DNA of 64,000 nt, from positions 1 to 64,000 of the forward strand of contig CAVSRB010000004.1 in NCBI GenBank assembly GCA_963730305.1, written 5' to 3'. Below are positions 20,292 to 30,274 of the stretch, piece after piece (the stretch's first letter is position 1; each line of letters begins with the position of its first letter). The notes under the pieces are model-generated. The model was not told the DNA's origin. It saw nothing but the letters and a program-made list of their open reading frames with translations, and did no database searches. Position numbers and translations under genes: made by a program. The DNA comes from an uncultured Alphaproteobacteria bacterium. GTDB lineage: Bacteria > Pseudomonadota > Alphaproteobacteria > Bin65.

Positions 20292-20425
20292 GGTCGATCT
20301 CCTGTTCGGCGTCGCTCTCCGGCCGTTCGATAGCCGGAGATTATGGCGCGGTCATGGAGGTCTAAGGAAAGATCACGGAGCCGGCCGCGAACGCAAGCCC
20401 CGAGGTATCGCTGCCGACGGCCGCC

Positions 20426-21151
20426 CTACACCCCGTCCAGGTCGGCGCGGTTGCACCAGTAGTCCCAGGTGCGGACCACGGCGGTGGGCATGCCGGTCAT
20501 CTCCGCGGTGAGCGCGACCTCGCCCTCGGACATGAAGGTGATGTCGCCGCCGATCCGGATCGCGTCCATCAACAGCCGGGCGTTGGTCTCGAGATAGATC
20601 GCGATGTGGACCGCCCGCTTGAGCGACTCCGCCGCGATCGCGCAGCCGTGGCCGCGCATCAGCGCCACCGTCCGGTCGCCCATCGTCTGGGCGAGGTCGC
20701 GACCCTGCTCCTGGGTGGTCACCAGGTGGTTGGTGTCGCCGAACTTGGTCCGGATGTCCCAGACCGGCACCGGGCTCGGCATGCCGCCGGAAGTATGAGT
20801 GATCTGGCGCAGCGGCACGCTGGTCACGCCGAACGGGATCACCGCCGGCGAATGGTTATGGATCACCGACATGACGTCGGGCCGAGCCTCGTAGAGCGCG
20901 CCGTGGATCGGCCGCTCGGAGTAGATCGGCCGGCCGCGCTGGTCGATCGGCTCGTTGTCGAGCGTGAATTCCATCAGGTCGTCGCGGCTGACGATGCCGG
21001 GGCTGCGCGAGCAGGACAGGAAGTACCGCTCGGGGTTGAGCGGATGGCGGATCGAGACGTGGCCATAGGCGTCGACCACCCCCTCGCGCTCGAGGATGCG
21101 GTTGGCCACCGCCAGGTCCCATAGCTGCTTGTCCAGATCGTCGTCGCTCAT
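20426..21151 (-). CDS. Class II aldolase/adducin family protein, 241 aa
   Basis: Zn-binding His triad context (VIHNHSPAV ... RGHGC), class II aldolase fold length. Confidence 0.8.
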   Translation of the reverse strand: MSDDDLDKQLWDLAVANRILEREGVVDAYGHVSIRHPLNPERYFLSCSRSPGIVSRDDLMEFTLDNEPIDQRGRPIYSERPIHGALYEARPDVMSVIHNHSPAVIPFGVTSVPLRQITHTSGGMPSPVPVWDIRTKFGDTNHLVTTQEQGRDLAQTMGDRTVALMRGHGCAIAAESLKRAVHIAIYLETNARLLMDAIRIGGDITFMSEGEVALTAEMTGMPTAVVRTWDYWCNRADLDGV

Positions 21152-21352
21152 CGGCGCAAACCCTCCCCGTCGTGTCGTTTCGTTGTGCCCGGCATGCTAG
21201 GGAGGCGGCGGCCCGCGCGCAATGCTGCGCGGACGGAGGCATCGATGCACGCGGCGAATGGCGCGGTGCGGGCCCGGCATGCTATGGACCGGGGTCGCTA
21301 TTGACCCGAATGCTGGGGGCGCCGCCTATCATTCGCGCCCTGTTCGCCCGGT

Positions 21353-21441
21353 GCCCCTGTGGCGGAATTGGTAGACGCGGCAGACTCAAAATCTGTTGTC
21401 CGGCAACGGACGTGGGAGTTCGAGTCTCCCCGGGGGCACCA
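21353..21441 (+). tRNA. tRNA-Leu (anticodon CAA), 89 nt incl. CCA
   Basis: 7-bp acceptor stem GCCCCUG/CGGGGGC, anticodon loop CUCAAAA, long variable arm, T-loop GGGAGUUCGAGUCUCCC, encoded CCA. Confidence 0.9.
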
Positions 21442-21560
21442 ATCATTCCCGAGGGAATGCGTGAAGCGCGAGTCCTCTGCGGTTCGTGCCAAGAAATGGC
21501 CGACCGCCGGGAAAGCGCGACAGCAAGAACCGTCGGCCGGGAACCGGAGGAAACCACCCC

Positions 21561-22103
21561 ATGAAATGGGTCACCAGAGACCATGTGCATATGGACCGGG
21601 TCGCCTGCCCGTGGCTGATCAAGCGGTTCGTCGATCCCGAGGCGGAGTTCGGTTTCGTCCCGTTCGGGTCCGACGTTCCGGCGCCGGAAGGCACGATCGC
21701 CTTCGCCTTGCCGGGGGCTGAGCTCGGTCCGCACGACGCCGACGGCTCCACCTTCCGGAAGATCCTGCGCAAGTACGAAATCGACGATCCGGCTTTGGAC
21801 ATGCTCGCCGCCATCATCGAATCCGGGATCACGCACGTCTTCAGCCAGATCAAGCACGGCAAGACGGACGTCGCCGCCCTCCCCCGCCCCGAGGGCGTGG
21901 GCCTCGACGCGCTCTCCCAGGGGATGATGTATCTCTGCGACGGCGACCTCGACGACATCGAGCGGAGCCTCGTCCTGTACGACGCGCTCTATGCCTATTG
22001 CCGCGGCAAGCTGCTCGAAGCCACCAGCCCCGAGCTGCGCGACCTGCCATTCCCGCAGCGCTGGGACGCCATCAAGGCCGAGCTCAACCGCGACGGCGGC
22101 TGA
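21561..22103 (+). CDS. Chromate-resistance ChrB-domain-like protein (Chrome_Resist family), 180 aa
   Basis: MKWVTRDHVHMDRVACPWLIKRFVDPEAEF matches remembered ChrB C-domain N-terminus; 25-codon N-terminal extension rejected. Confidence 0.5.
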   Translation: MKWVTRDHVHMDRVACPWLIKRFVDPEAEFGFVPFGSDVPAPEGTIAFALPGAELGPHDADGSTFRKILRKYEIDDPALDMLAAIIESGITHVFSQIKHGKTDVAALPRPEGVGLDALSQGMMYLCDGDLDDIERSLVLYDALYAYCRGKLLEATSPELRDLPFPQRWDAIKAELNRDGG

Positions 22104-22268
22104 CCCGGGCGCCGCTGTCTTCGACGACAGGCGCGGCGAGCGTGTGTCTGAGCTTGAGGCGGGTGTGGCGGTGCGGCTACACTCCGGCCCTCCTGACATC
22201 AGTTCGGACCTCCCGATGACATTACCTGCCACCGACCGCCCTCGCGGCGTTGCCCGGGCGCCGCTGGT

Positions 22269-23081
22269 TTGACCGACGCCAAAGCCACCGCCTCGGACGG
22301 CTGCCGCCTGGTCTATTCCCTGCTGGCCGACGCCGGGCCGGAGGCGCCGCGGCTGGCGCTGGTCCACTCGCTGGCGATGGACCGCCATTTCTGGGCGGGG
22401 GTCGCCGACGCGCTCGGCGGCGCGGCCTCGGTGCTGGCGCTCGACTGCCGCGGTCACGGCGAGTCGGGCAAGCCGGTCGGTCCCTATTCGGCGGACCTGT
22501 TCGCCGACGACCTCGCCGCCGTGCTCGACGCCGCGGACTGGGACGACGCCGTCGTCGCCGGCGCGTCGATGGGCGGCTGCGTCGCGCTCGCTTTCGCCGC
22601 CAACCATGCCGGCCGCACCCGCGGCCTCGGCCTGATCGACACCACCGCCTGGTACGGCGACGGTGCGCCCGACGCCTGGGCGGGACGGGCATTGAAGGCG
22701 CAGTCGGGCGGCATGGCCGCGCTGATCGACTTCCAGGTCAGCCGCTGGTTCAGCGACGGCTTCCGCGAGGCGCGCCGCGACGTGGTCGAGGCGGCGATCT
22801 CGACCTTCCTGCGCAACGACGTCGAGGCCTATGCCGCGACCTGCCACATGCTCGGCGCCTGCGACCTGCGCGCGGCCCTGCCCGGCATCGGCGCGCCGAC
22901 CCGGGTGGTCGTCGGCGAAGAGGACTATGCGACCCCGGTGGCGATGGCGACGGCGTTGCGCGACGGCATTCCGGGCGCGACGATGACCGTGCTCGACGGC
23001 GTCCGCCACTTCACCCCGCTCGAATGCCCCGAGCGGATCGCCGCCGAGCTCGAGACCCTGATCGAGGCAAGCCAGGCATGA
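22269..23081 (+). CDS. Alpha/beta hydrolase (3-oxoadipate enol-lactonase-like), 270 aa
   Basis: GASMGG nucleophile elbow, a/b-hydrolase fold; stop overlaps next start (ATGA). Confidence 0.8.
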   Translation: MTDAKATASDGCRLVYSLLADAGPEAPRLALVHSLAMDRHFWAGVADALGGAASVLALDCRGHGESGKPVGPYSADLFADDLAAVLDAADWDDAVVAGASMGGCVALAFAANHAGRTRGLGLIDTTAWYGDGAPDAWAGRALKAQSGGMAALIDFQVSRWFSDGFREARRDVVEAAISTFLRNDVEAYAATCHMLGACDLRAALPGIGAPTRVVVGEEDYATPVAMATALRDGIPGATMTVLDGVRHFTPLECPERIAAELETLIEASQA

Positions 23082-23953
23082 CCCCTTTCGAATTGATGGA
23101 GCCGACCTCCCTAAAGGAGGCGCTGGCGCTGCTCGACCCCGACGACCCCGACGTGCGGCCGTGCGGCGGCGGCACCGCGCTGATGCTGATGATGAAGGCG
23201 GGCGCGCTGAAACCGACCCGGCTGGTCAGCCTGAGGCGGGTCGACGGCGGCCTGCACGATATCGAGGCCGGTGCGGACGGTAGCCTACGCATGGGCGCAC
23301 TGACCCCGCTGGCGGCGGTCGAGCGGTCCGCCGCCGTCCGCGACCACGCGCCGGTGATCGCCCGCACCCTGCGGACCCTGTCCAACATCCGCGTGCGCAA
23401 CGTCGCCACCCTGGGCGGCCACCTCGCCCACGGCGACCCGCACATGGACCTGCCGCCGGTGATGATCGCCCTCGACGCGACGGTGACGCTGACCGGGCCG
23501 AGCGGATCGCGCGAGCTGCCGGCGGCCGACCTGTACACCGGCTTCTTCGAGACCGCGCTGGCCGGCGACGAGCTGATCACCGGCGTGAGCGTGCCGGCCC
23601 AGCCGAGGACCGCCGGCTACGTCAAGTGCACCACCCGCTCGGCCGACGACTGGCCGGCGCTGGGGGTTGCCGTGGCGCTCGACATGGACGGCGACACCGT
23701 GCGCGGCGCCCGGGTCGCGGTCAGCGCGGCGACCGAGCAGCCGGCGCGGCTGACCGAAGCCGAAGCGGCGCTGACCGGCGCGGCGATCGACGACGCCAGC
23801 CTGAAGCGGGCGGGCGACGCGGCGGCGGACGAAGCCGCCATCGTCGGCGACGCCCAGGGCTCGGCCGACTACAAGAAGCAGCTGCTGCGCGTGTCGCTCG
23901 GCCGCGCGGTCAGACAGGCGCTCGCCGCCGGACAGGAAGGAGCGGGCCGATGA
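23078..23953 (+). CDS. FAD-binding molybdopterin dehydrogenase medium subunit (CoxM/XdhB-like), 291 aa
   Basis: FAD-binding PCMH domain (VRPCGGGTALMLMMK...), CO-dehydrogenase flavoprotein C-domain; ATGA coupling on both sides. Confidence 0.85.
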   Translation: MTPFELMEPTSLKEALALLDPDDPDVRPCGGGTALMLMMKAGALKPTRLVSLRRVDGGLHDIEAGADGSLRMGALTPLAAVERSAAVRDHAPVIARTLRTLSNIRVRNVATLGGHLAHGDPHMDLPPVMIALDATVTLTGPSGSRELPAADLYTGFFETALAGDELITGVSVPAQPRTAGYVKCTTRSADDWPALGVAVALDMDGDTVRGARVAVSAATEQPARLTEAEAALTGAAIDDASLKRAGDAAADEAAIVGDAQGSADYKKQLLRVSLGRAVRQALAAGQEGAGR

Positions 23954-26220
23954 GCACGACCGCCAAGACCCGACAGGTCGGCCGCTCGCTGCCCCGGCTG
24001 GAAGCGCGCGAGAAGGTCACCGGCCGCGCCGAGTACATCCACAACCTGCGCCTGCCGGGCATGCTGCACGCCAAGATCTTCCGCAGCGACATCCCCCACG
24101 GACGGATCGTCAAGATCGACACCAGCGCCGCCGCGGCGGTCGAGGGTGTGTTCGCCGTCTACACCGGTGAGGACGTCAAGCGGGTGATCCCCGACCCCTA
24201 TTTCGGCCCCGCCTTCCACGACCAGCCGATCCTGGCGCTCGACAAGGTTCGCTACGTCGGCGAGGCGGTCGCGGTGGTGCTGGCCAGCGACCCGCACGTC
24301 GCCCAGGCGGCCGCCGACCTGATCGAGGCCGAGTACGAGGAGCTGCCGGCGGTGTTCGACGAGGTCGAGGCGATGAACTCGCAAGCCATCGTCCACGAGG
24401 AGCTCAAGCCCGCCGGCACCTTCCCGGACCTCAAGCACCTCCAAGGCAAGCGCGACACCAACGTCGCACTCGACTTCCACCTGCGCAGGGGCGACACCGA
24501 CAAGGCCTTTGCCGAGGCCGACCACGTGTTCGAGCACACCTTCAACACCCAGCGGGTGCTGCACCTGGCGATGGAGCCGCTGGTCTCGCTCGCCGAGACC
24601 ACCAGCGACCACACGGTGACGATCCACACCGCGTCGCAGAGTCCGTCCTTCGTCCGCATCGAGATCGCCCGGCTGCTCGGCTGGGCCGAGAACCAGGTGC
24701 GGGTGCGGACCGCCTATCTCGGCGGCGGCTACGGCGCCAAGCTCTACATCAAGCTGGAGGCGCTGGCGGTGGCGCTGGCCCTGCTCGCGCGCAAGCCGGT
24801 GCGGGTCGCGCTCGGGATGGACGAGGTCTTCCTACCATCAACAAGCACCCGACCACCTTCAAGATCCGCAGCGCGGTCACCAAGGACGGCAAGGTCACCG
24901 GCCGCGCCTGCGAGGTCTGGTGGAACGGCGGCGCCTATGCCGACATCGGCCCGCGGGTGACCCAGAAGTCGGGCTTCACCGCGGCGGGGCCCTACGACAT
25001 CGACAACGTCACCATCAATTCCTACGCGGCCTACACCAACCTGCCGCCGGCCGGCGCGCTGCGCGGCTTCGGCATCCCGCAGCTGGTCTGGGCCTACGAG
25101 AGCCACACCGACCTGATCGCCCGCGAGATGGGCATCGACCCGGTCGCGTTCCGGCGGAAGAACATCCTGCGCGACGGACGGCCCCAGGCGACCGGGACGG
25201 AGATGAAGGACGCCGCCTTCGACGCGGTGCTCGACCGCATCGCCGCAGCGGATGGACTGGGACAAGCCGTTCGACAAGGGCGCCGGCACGAAGCTGCGCG
25301 GCCGCGGGGTCGGCCTCGGCTTCAAGGCCTGCATCGCGCCGACCACCTCGGTCGCGATCGTCAACATGGGCGCCGACGGCAGCTGCACGCTCTATTGCGG
25401 CACCGTCGACATGGGCCAGGGCTGCGGCACGGCGATGGCCCAGATGGTCGCCGAGGTGCTCGACCTGGAGGCCGAGGACGTGCGGGTGGTCCAGCCCGAC
25501 ACCGACATCACCCCCTACGACATGGGCACGCTCGGCTCGCGCTCGCTGTTCCACATGGGTCACGCGGTCCGGCTCGCCGCCGAGGACGTCAAGGCCAAGC
25601 TGGCGGCGCTGGCCGACGAGCTCGGCCTGCCGCCCGGCTCCAACATCCCGATCCCGGAGATGTTCGTGAAGCGCTACGGCATGCGGGCCGGCAACATCAT
25701 CGGCACCGGCACCTTCGTGCCCAGCTACACCTCGCCGGACGCCGACGGGCTGACGCCGGACGCCACGCCCTTCTGGATGGTCGGCGGCGCCGGGGTCGAG
25801 ATCGAGGTCGACACCGAGACCGGCCACATCAAGATCGAGCGGCTGGTCAACGTCTGCGACGTCGGCACCCCGATCAACCCGGCCATCGTCGAGACCCAGA
25901 TCTCCGGCGGCGCGGTGATGCAGCTCGGCTTCACCATGTTCGAGGAGATGGCCTTCGACGAGGGCCAGCTCACCAACGGCACGCTCGCCGACTACCGCAT
26001 CCCCGGCTTCCACGACCTGCCGGCGACGATGGAGAACGAGGCGGTCGACGCGGTCCAGAGCTCGGGACCGTTCGGCGCCAAGGGCGTCGGCGAATCGGCG
26101 ACCTTCGGCGTCTCGCCGGCCATCGCCAACGCGATCCACGACGCCGTCGGGGTCCGGCTGACGCGCCTGCCGCTGACGCCCGAGGCCGTGTTCACGGCCC
26201 TACAGAATAAGGAGGGCTGA
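23950..26220 (+). pseudogene. Molybdopterin-binding large subunit (CoxL/XdhA-like, ~757 aa) split over three frames by two single-base frameshifts (~24835 and ~25250)
   Basis: Three consecutive ORFs (23950.., 24957.., 25252..26220) together give a colinear full-length large subunit: ...RVALGMDEVFL|TINKHPTTFKIRSAVTKDGKVTG... and ...DRIAAA|DWDKPFDKGAGTKLRGRGVGLG... Confidence 0.8.
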
Positions 26221-26224
26221 CGAT

Positions 26225-26713
26225 ATGGGGCCGCAATTCAAATCGATCCGCTTCACCCTCAACGGCGCGCCGGCGACCGCGACGGTCGCCACCCACCACA
26301 CCGTCGTCGAGATGCTGCAGGAGCAGTTCGGCCTGTTCGGCGCGCGCGAGAGCTGCGCCCAGGGCCTGTGCGGCTGCTGCACGGTCGAGGTCGACGGCAC
26401 CGCGATGACGGGCTGTCTGACCTTGGCCGCCTTCCTCGACGGCGCCGACGTGGTGACCATCGAGGGGCTCGACGCCGGCGGCGACCTCGACCCGGTCCAG
26501 GAGGCCTTCATCGAGACCGGCGCCTTCCAGTGCGGCTTCTGCACCTCGGGCATGATCCTGATGGCGCGCCAGCTGCTCGACGCCGATCCGGACCCGGACG
26601 ACGACACGATCCGCCACTACCTCTCCGGCAATCTCTGCCGCTGCGCCGCCTATCCCGAGATCATGAAGGCGGTGAAGCTGGCGGCGAAGAAACGGGCCGG
26701 CGCCGCGGCCTGA
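26225..26713 (+). CDS. (2Fe-2S)-binding small subunit (CoxS-like), 162 aa
   Basis: Plant-ferredoxin-like CAQGLCGCC and second cluster motif QCGFCTSG ... CRCAAY. Confidence 0.9.
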   Translation: MGPQFKSIRFTLNGAPATATVATHHTVVEMLQEQFGLFGARESCAQGLCGCCTVEVDGTAMTGCLTLAAFLDGADVVTIEGLDAGGDLDPVQEAFIETGAFQCGFCTSGMILMARQLLDADPDPDDDTIRHYLSGNLCRCAAYPEIMKAVKLAAKKRAGAAA

Positions 26714-26771
26714 CCGGCCCGGGCGCCGGCCTGCCCCACCCATCGAACCAGGCACATTCCAGGAGTTCAGC

Positions 26772-27149
26772 ATGCAGGCAATCTCGACGGACAACGCGCC
26801 CCCGGCCGGCGGCCACTACAGCCAGGCGATCGTCTCCAACGGCTTCGTCTTCGTCGCCGGCCAGCTGCCGATCAAGCCGGGCGGCGGGCGCGAGATCCCC
26901 GAGGGCATCGAGGCGCAGACCCGCCAGGCGCTGGAGAACCTGAAGGCGATCCTGGAGGCCGCCGGGTCGAGCATGGACAAGCTGGTCAGCGTCAATGTCT
27001 TCGTCACCGACGTCGCCCACTGGCCCGCGGTCAACGGCGTCTACGCCGAGGTGCTGGGCGACCACAAGCCGGCCCGCGCCATCTCGATCTCGCCCCAGCT
27101 CCACTTCGGCGCGCTGGTCGAGATCCAGGCGACCGCCGAAGCGGGCTGA
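26772..27149 (+). CDS. ridA: RidA/YjgF family reactive-intermediate deaminase, 125 aa
   Basis: Typical RidA length and motifs (GQLP ... VNVFVTD ... PARAISISPQL). Confidence 0.85.
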   Translation: MQAISTDNAPPAGGHYSQAIVSNGFVFVAGQLPIKPGGGREIPEGIEAQTRQALENLKAILEAAGSSMDKLVSVNVFVTDVAHWPAVNGVYAEVLGDHKPARAISISPQLHFGALVEIQATAEAG

Positions 27150-27180
27150 GCCGCAATCGCGCCGGCGGACGAACGGTCGC

Positions 27181-27924
27181 TCAGGTCTCCATCCCGCCGT
27201 TCGAGCCGATCATCTGGGCGGTGATGAAACCGCCCTCTTCCGAGCACAGGAAGCCGGCGAGCGCGGCGATGTCCGCCGGCTCGCCCAGCCGCCCCACCGG
27301 GACCTGGGGGAGCTGGACGACGTTGTGCTGCGCCATCGCCGGGTCGTCGTAGTCGCCGCGGATCGGCCCTGGCGAGATCGCGTTGGCGGTGATGCCGTGG
27401 GGCGCGAACTCCTTGCCGAGCGACTTGGTCAGGCCCCACAGCCCGTGCTTGGCGGCGCTGACCGGCGCGCGGCCGGAATAGCCCCGGATCGAATGCATGC
27501 CGGTGACGTTGACGATCCGGCCCCACTTGCGCGCGACCATGCCGGGCAGGAAGGCGCGGGCGGTATGGAAGGCGGCGTTCAGGTCGACGTCGAGCACGCG
27601 GTGCCAGTCCGCCTCGTCCATCTCCAGGAATGGCGTCGCCGGCCGGATCGCGGCGTTGTTGACCACGACGTCGACCGCGCCGAACCGGCCCAGCGCGTCG
27701 TCGGCGAGCGCTCGGATCGCGTCGCGGTCGCCCATGTCGGCCATCATCACCACGGCCTCGACCCCGTGGGCGCGGGCCAGCTCGGCGGTCTCCTCGCAGG
27801 CCGCGCGGTCGCGCGACCCGTTGACGATCACGGCGAAGCCGCGCCGCGCCAGCTCGAGCGCGATGGCGCGGCCGATGTTGCGCCCGGCGCCGGAGACAAA
27901 GGCGGTTCTGCTGGTGTCGGTCAT
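27181..27924 (-). CDS. SDR family oxidoreductase, 247 aa
   Basis: SGAGRNIGRA cofactor motif, NNAA, YxxxK (YSGRAPVSAAK). Confidence 0.85.
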   Translation of the reverse strand: MTDTSRTAFVSGAGRNIGRAIALELARRGFAVIVNGSRDRAACEETAELARAHGVEAVVMMADMGDRDAIRALADDALGRFGAVDVVVNNAAIRPATPFLEMDEADWHRVLDVDLNAAFHTARAFLPGMVARKWGRIVNVTGMHSIRGYSGRAPVSAAKHGLWGLTKSLGKEFAPHGITANAISPGPIRGDYDDPAMAQHNVVQLPQVPVGRLGEPADIAALAGFLCSEEGGFITAQMIGSNGGMET

Positions 27925-27940
27925 GCGGCTCTCCTCTCGC

Positions 27941-28676
27941 TCATCCCCAGATCAGCACGCTCACCCCGATCACCAGCAGGAACACCAGCCCGAAGCGGCG
28001 GTAGCCCGCGTCGGGTACGTGCTTGAAGGTCTGCACGCCCAGCCAGACGCCGACGAAGTTGGCCGGGATGACGGAGGCCACCAGCCACAAGAGGTGGCGG
28101 TCCAGGATGCCGGTGATCGACAAAGGCCACGATGCCGAACACGCCGATGATCGCGGTCAGCGAATAGGCGCTGGCCCGGGTCACCGCGGCCGCGGTGTTC
28201 TGGGCGAAGTAATAGAACACGAAGGGGATGCCGCCCATGCTGGTCGCCCCGCCGATCAGGCCCGAGGCCGCGCCGCAGGCGATGTCGCGCGGCGTGGTGT
28301 GCTCGCCCCGGAAGCGCCAGCCGCTCAGCAGCAGCATCGCGCCGACCACCAAGGTGCCGGCGATGACCCGGCGCATCACGTCCTTGTCGGCGATCACCAG
28401 CACGTAGAGGCCGAGCGGGAAGGTCACGACCGAGGCCCCGGCGATCCACAGGATCGAGCTCCAGCGCGTGTGCCGGAACGCGCCGGGCACCAGCGGCGCG
28501 CCGGCGATGGTGTCCTGCAGCCACGCCGCCGCGACCGCCTGGGCGGGGTCGATGAACAGGCTGTAGAGCGGCGTCATCACCATGTTGGCGCCGAAGCCGG
28601 TGAAGCCGCGGATGAAGCCGCCCGCGAAGACGACCAGCGCCGCCTGCCAGAAATGATCGGGAAGCCAGTCAGGCAT
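27941..28676 (-). pseudogene. TauE/SafE-family sulfite/anion exporter, frameshifted near 28120-28130 (C-terminal 60 aa in separate ORF 27941..28123)
   Basis: Internal repeat of 4-TM units with glycine-rich motifs; C-terminal helix ...HLLWLVASVIPANFVGVWLGV... continues in different frame. Confidence 0.65.
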
Positions 28677-28694
28677 GGACGGCGGCGCGACGGC

Positions 28695-29750
28695 TCATCC
28701 GGTCGGGCCCAACGGAGCGGGCACCGCCACGCCCAGGTCGCGGCCGAGCGCGACGAGCTGGCTCCAGACCCCGGCATCGACCGGCACGCCGTCGCGCAGC
28801 CGCGTCACCCGCTCGCGGTCGCCGCGCTCGCCGGGGGTCAGGATCTCGTCGAAGCCCTCGGCGCGGGGCAGCGCCCGGATCGAGGCGGCCAGCGCCGCGG
28901 TGTCGGCGGCGTAGGTCTCCAAGTCGGTGAAGGCCGAGACGTCGAGCGCCGCGACCAGCCCGTGCTGCCACGCGGGCCGGGCGAAGCCGGCATGGCCGGC
29001 GGCGAGCAACGGTATGCCGACCAGCACGCTCGACAGGCATTCGAGCATCAGCGCGAGCCCCGAGCCCTTGGCCCCGGCGATCGGCAGCGGCAGCGCGGCC
29101 TCGTTCGGGTCGGTGGTCGGCCGGCCGTGCGCGTCGAGCGCCGCGCCCTCGGGCAGGGCGATGCCCTCCGCCCGGGCGCGGGCGAGCTTGCCCCACGGGA
29201 TCGCCGCGGTGGACATGTCGAGCGCGATCGGCTCGGCCTCGGCGCAGGGCACGGCGATGGCGAGCGGCGTGGTCGAGACGCCGGGCGCGCGGCTGCCGTG
29301 ATAGGCCATGATCGGCTGCGAGCCGCCGCTGGCCAGCCCGATCATGCCCTCGGCCGCGGCCTCGCGCACGTAGAAGCCGATCGGCCCGGTATGGGTGGTG
29401 TCGCGCAGCAGCACCCAGCCGACGCCGAACTCGCGCGCGCGCGCAATTGCTTCGGCCATCGCCTGGCGCATCGCCCACGGGCCCGGCGCGCGGTCGCCCT
29501 CGAACACGCAGGTCGCGCCGCGCTCGGTGGCGATGGTCATGTTGGACTGGGCGTTCATCCGGCCGGCAGCGAGCGCGTTGAGATAGTTGGGCACGCGGAA
29601 GACGCCGTGGGAATCCTGGCCGCGGGTCTCGGCCCAGACCAGCACCTCGGCGACCGAGGCGGCCTCCTCGTGGCGCAGGCCTGCCGCCTGGAACAGGCCG
29701 GTGACGAAATGCTCCAGCGCCGCGGCGTCGGTGAGGACGGTATCGGTCAT
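28695..29750 (-). CDS. Ldh2-family malate/L-lactate/sulfolactate-type dehydrogenase, 351 aa; start MTDTVLTD
   Basis: Ldh_2 family hallmarks (DSHGVFRVPNYL ... HTGPIGFY ... GSRAPGVSTTPLAIAVP); GGGGAA RBS; 69-codon N-terminal extension rejected. Confidence 0.75.
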   Translation of the reverse strand: MTDTVLTDAAALEHFVTGLFQAAGLRHEEAASVAEVLVWAETRGQDSHGVFRVPNYLNALAAGRMNAQSNMTIATERGATCVFEGDRAPGPWAMRQAMAEAIARAREFGVGWVLLRDTTHTGPIGFYVREAAAEGMIGLASGGSQPIMAYHGSRAPGVSTTPLAIAVPCAEAEPIALDMSTAAIPWGKLARARAEGIALPEGAALDAHGRPTTDPNEAALPLPIAGAKGSGLALMLECLSSVLVGIPLLAAGHAGFARPAWQHGLVAALDVSAFTDLETYAADTAALAASIRALPRAEGFDEILTPGERGDRERVTRLRDGVPVDAGVWSQLVALGRDLGVAVPAPLGPTG

Positions 29751-29827
29751 CGAATTCCCCTGCCGCGCGGCGCCCGCGCCGCGATAGACTGGCCGCCGCG
29801 CACGCCCAGCCGACTGCGGAGGATACC

Positions 29828-30247
29828 GTGAAGAAACTGACGATCCTGGCCCTGCTCGCCGCCTGCCAGCTTCCCGCCATGGCGCCAGCCGCGCGGGCAG
29901 AGCTGTCGCCCAGGGTCTACGAACAAATGCGGAGCAAGGCGATATTCGAGGTGACACTCGCCGTCGAGTCCGTCGAGCGTTCGACGGCGTTGGCGAACGC
30001 GGAGATGCGGATCGATCGGGTGACCGTACGGGCGCGGATCCTGTCGATAATCCGCGGCGCCGGGCTCAAGAAAGACGCTACGGTGACCATCCGCTACACC
30101 CACACCGAGCACCTTAGACGCGGCTGGGTCGGACCGTCGCCGGTGCCGATCCTCGAAAAGGGCGAGCGCGTCCGAGCCTGGCTCAATCCGGCCAACGGCT
30201 ACCTTGTCCCGGCCGCGCGCGGCTGGAGCTTCGAGACGCTGCGCTAG
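29828..30247 (+). CDS. Secreted hypothetical protein (139 aa, signal peptide, GTG start)
   Basis: GGAGG RBS 6 nt before GTG; signal peptide LAACQLPAMAPAARA; no recognisable domain. Confidence 0.4.
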   Translation: MKKLTILALLAACQLPAMAPAARAELSPRVYEQMRSKAIFEVTLAVESVERSTALANAEMRIDRVTVRARILSIIRGAGLKKDATVTIRYTHTEHLRRGWVGPSPVPILEKGERVRAWLNPANGYLVPAARGWSFETLR

Positions 30248-30274
30248 GGCGCAGACCGCTGGCCCGGCCATTCG

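Noticed and set aside
21353-23100. Possible genomic island at tRNA-Leu (tRNA followed by ChrB-like gene)
   Set aside because: No integrase, no recognisable direct repeat of the tRNA 3' end, GC content similar to flanks. Insufficient evidence for a mobile element.
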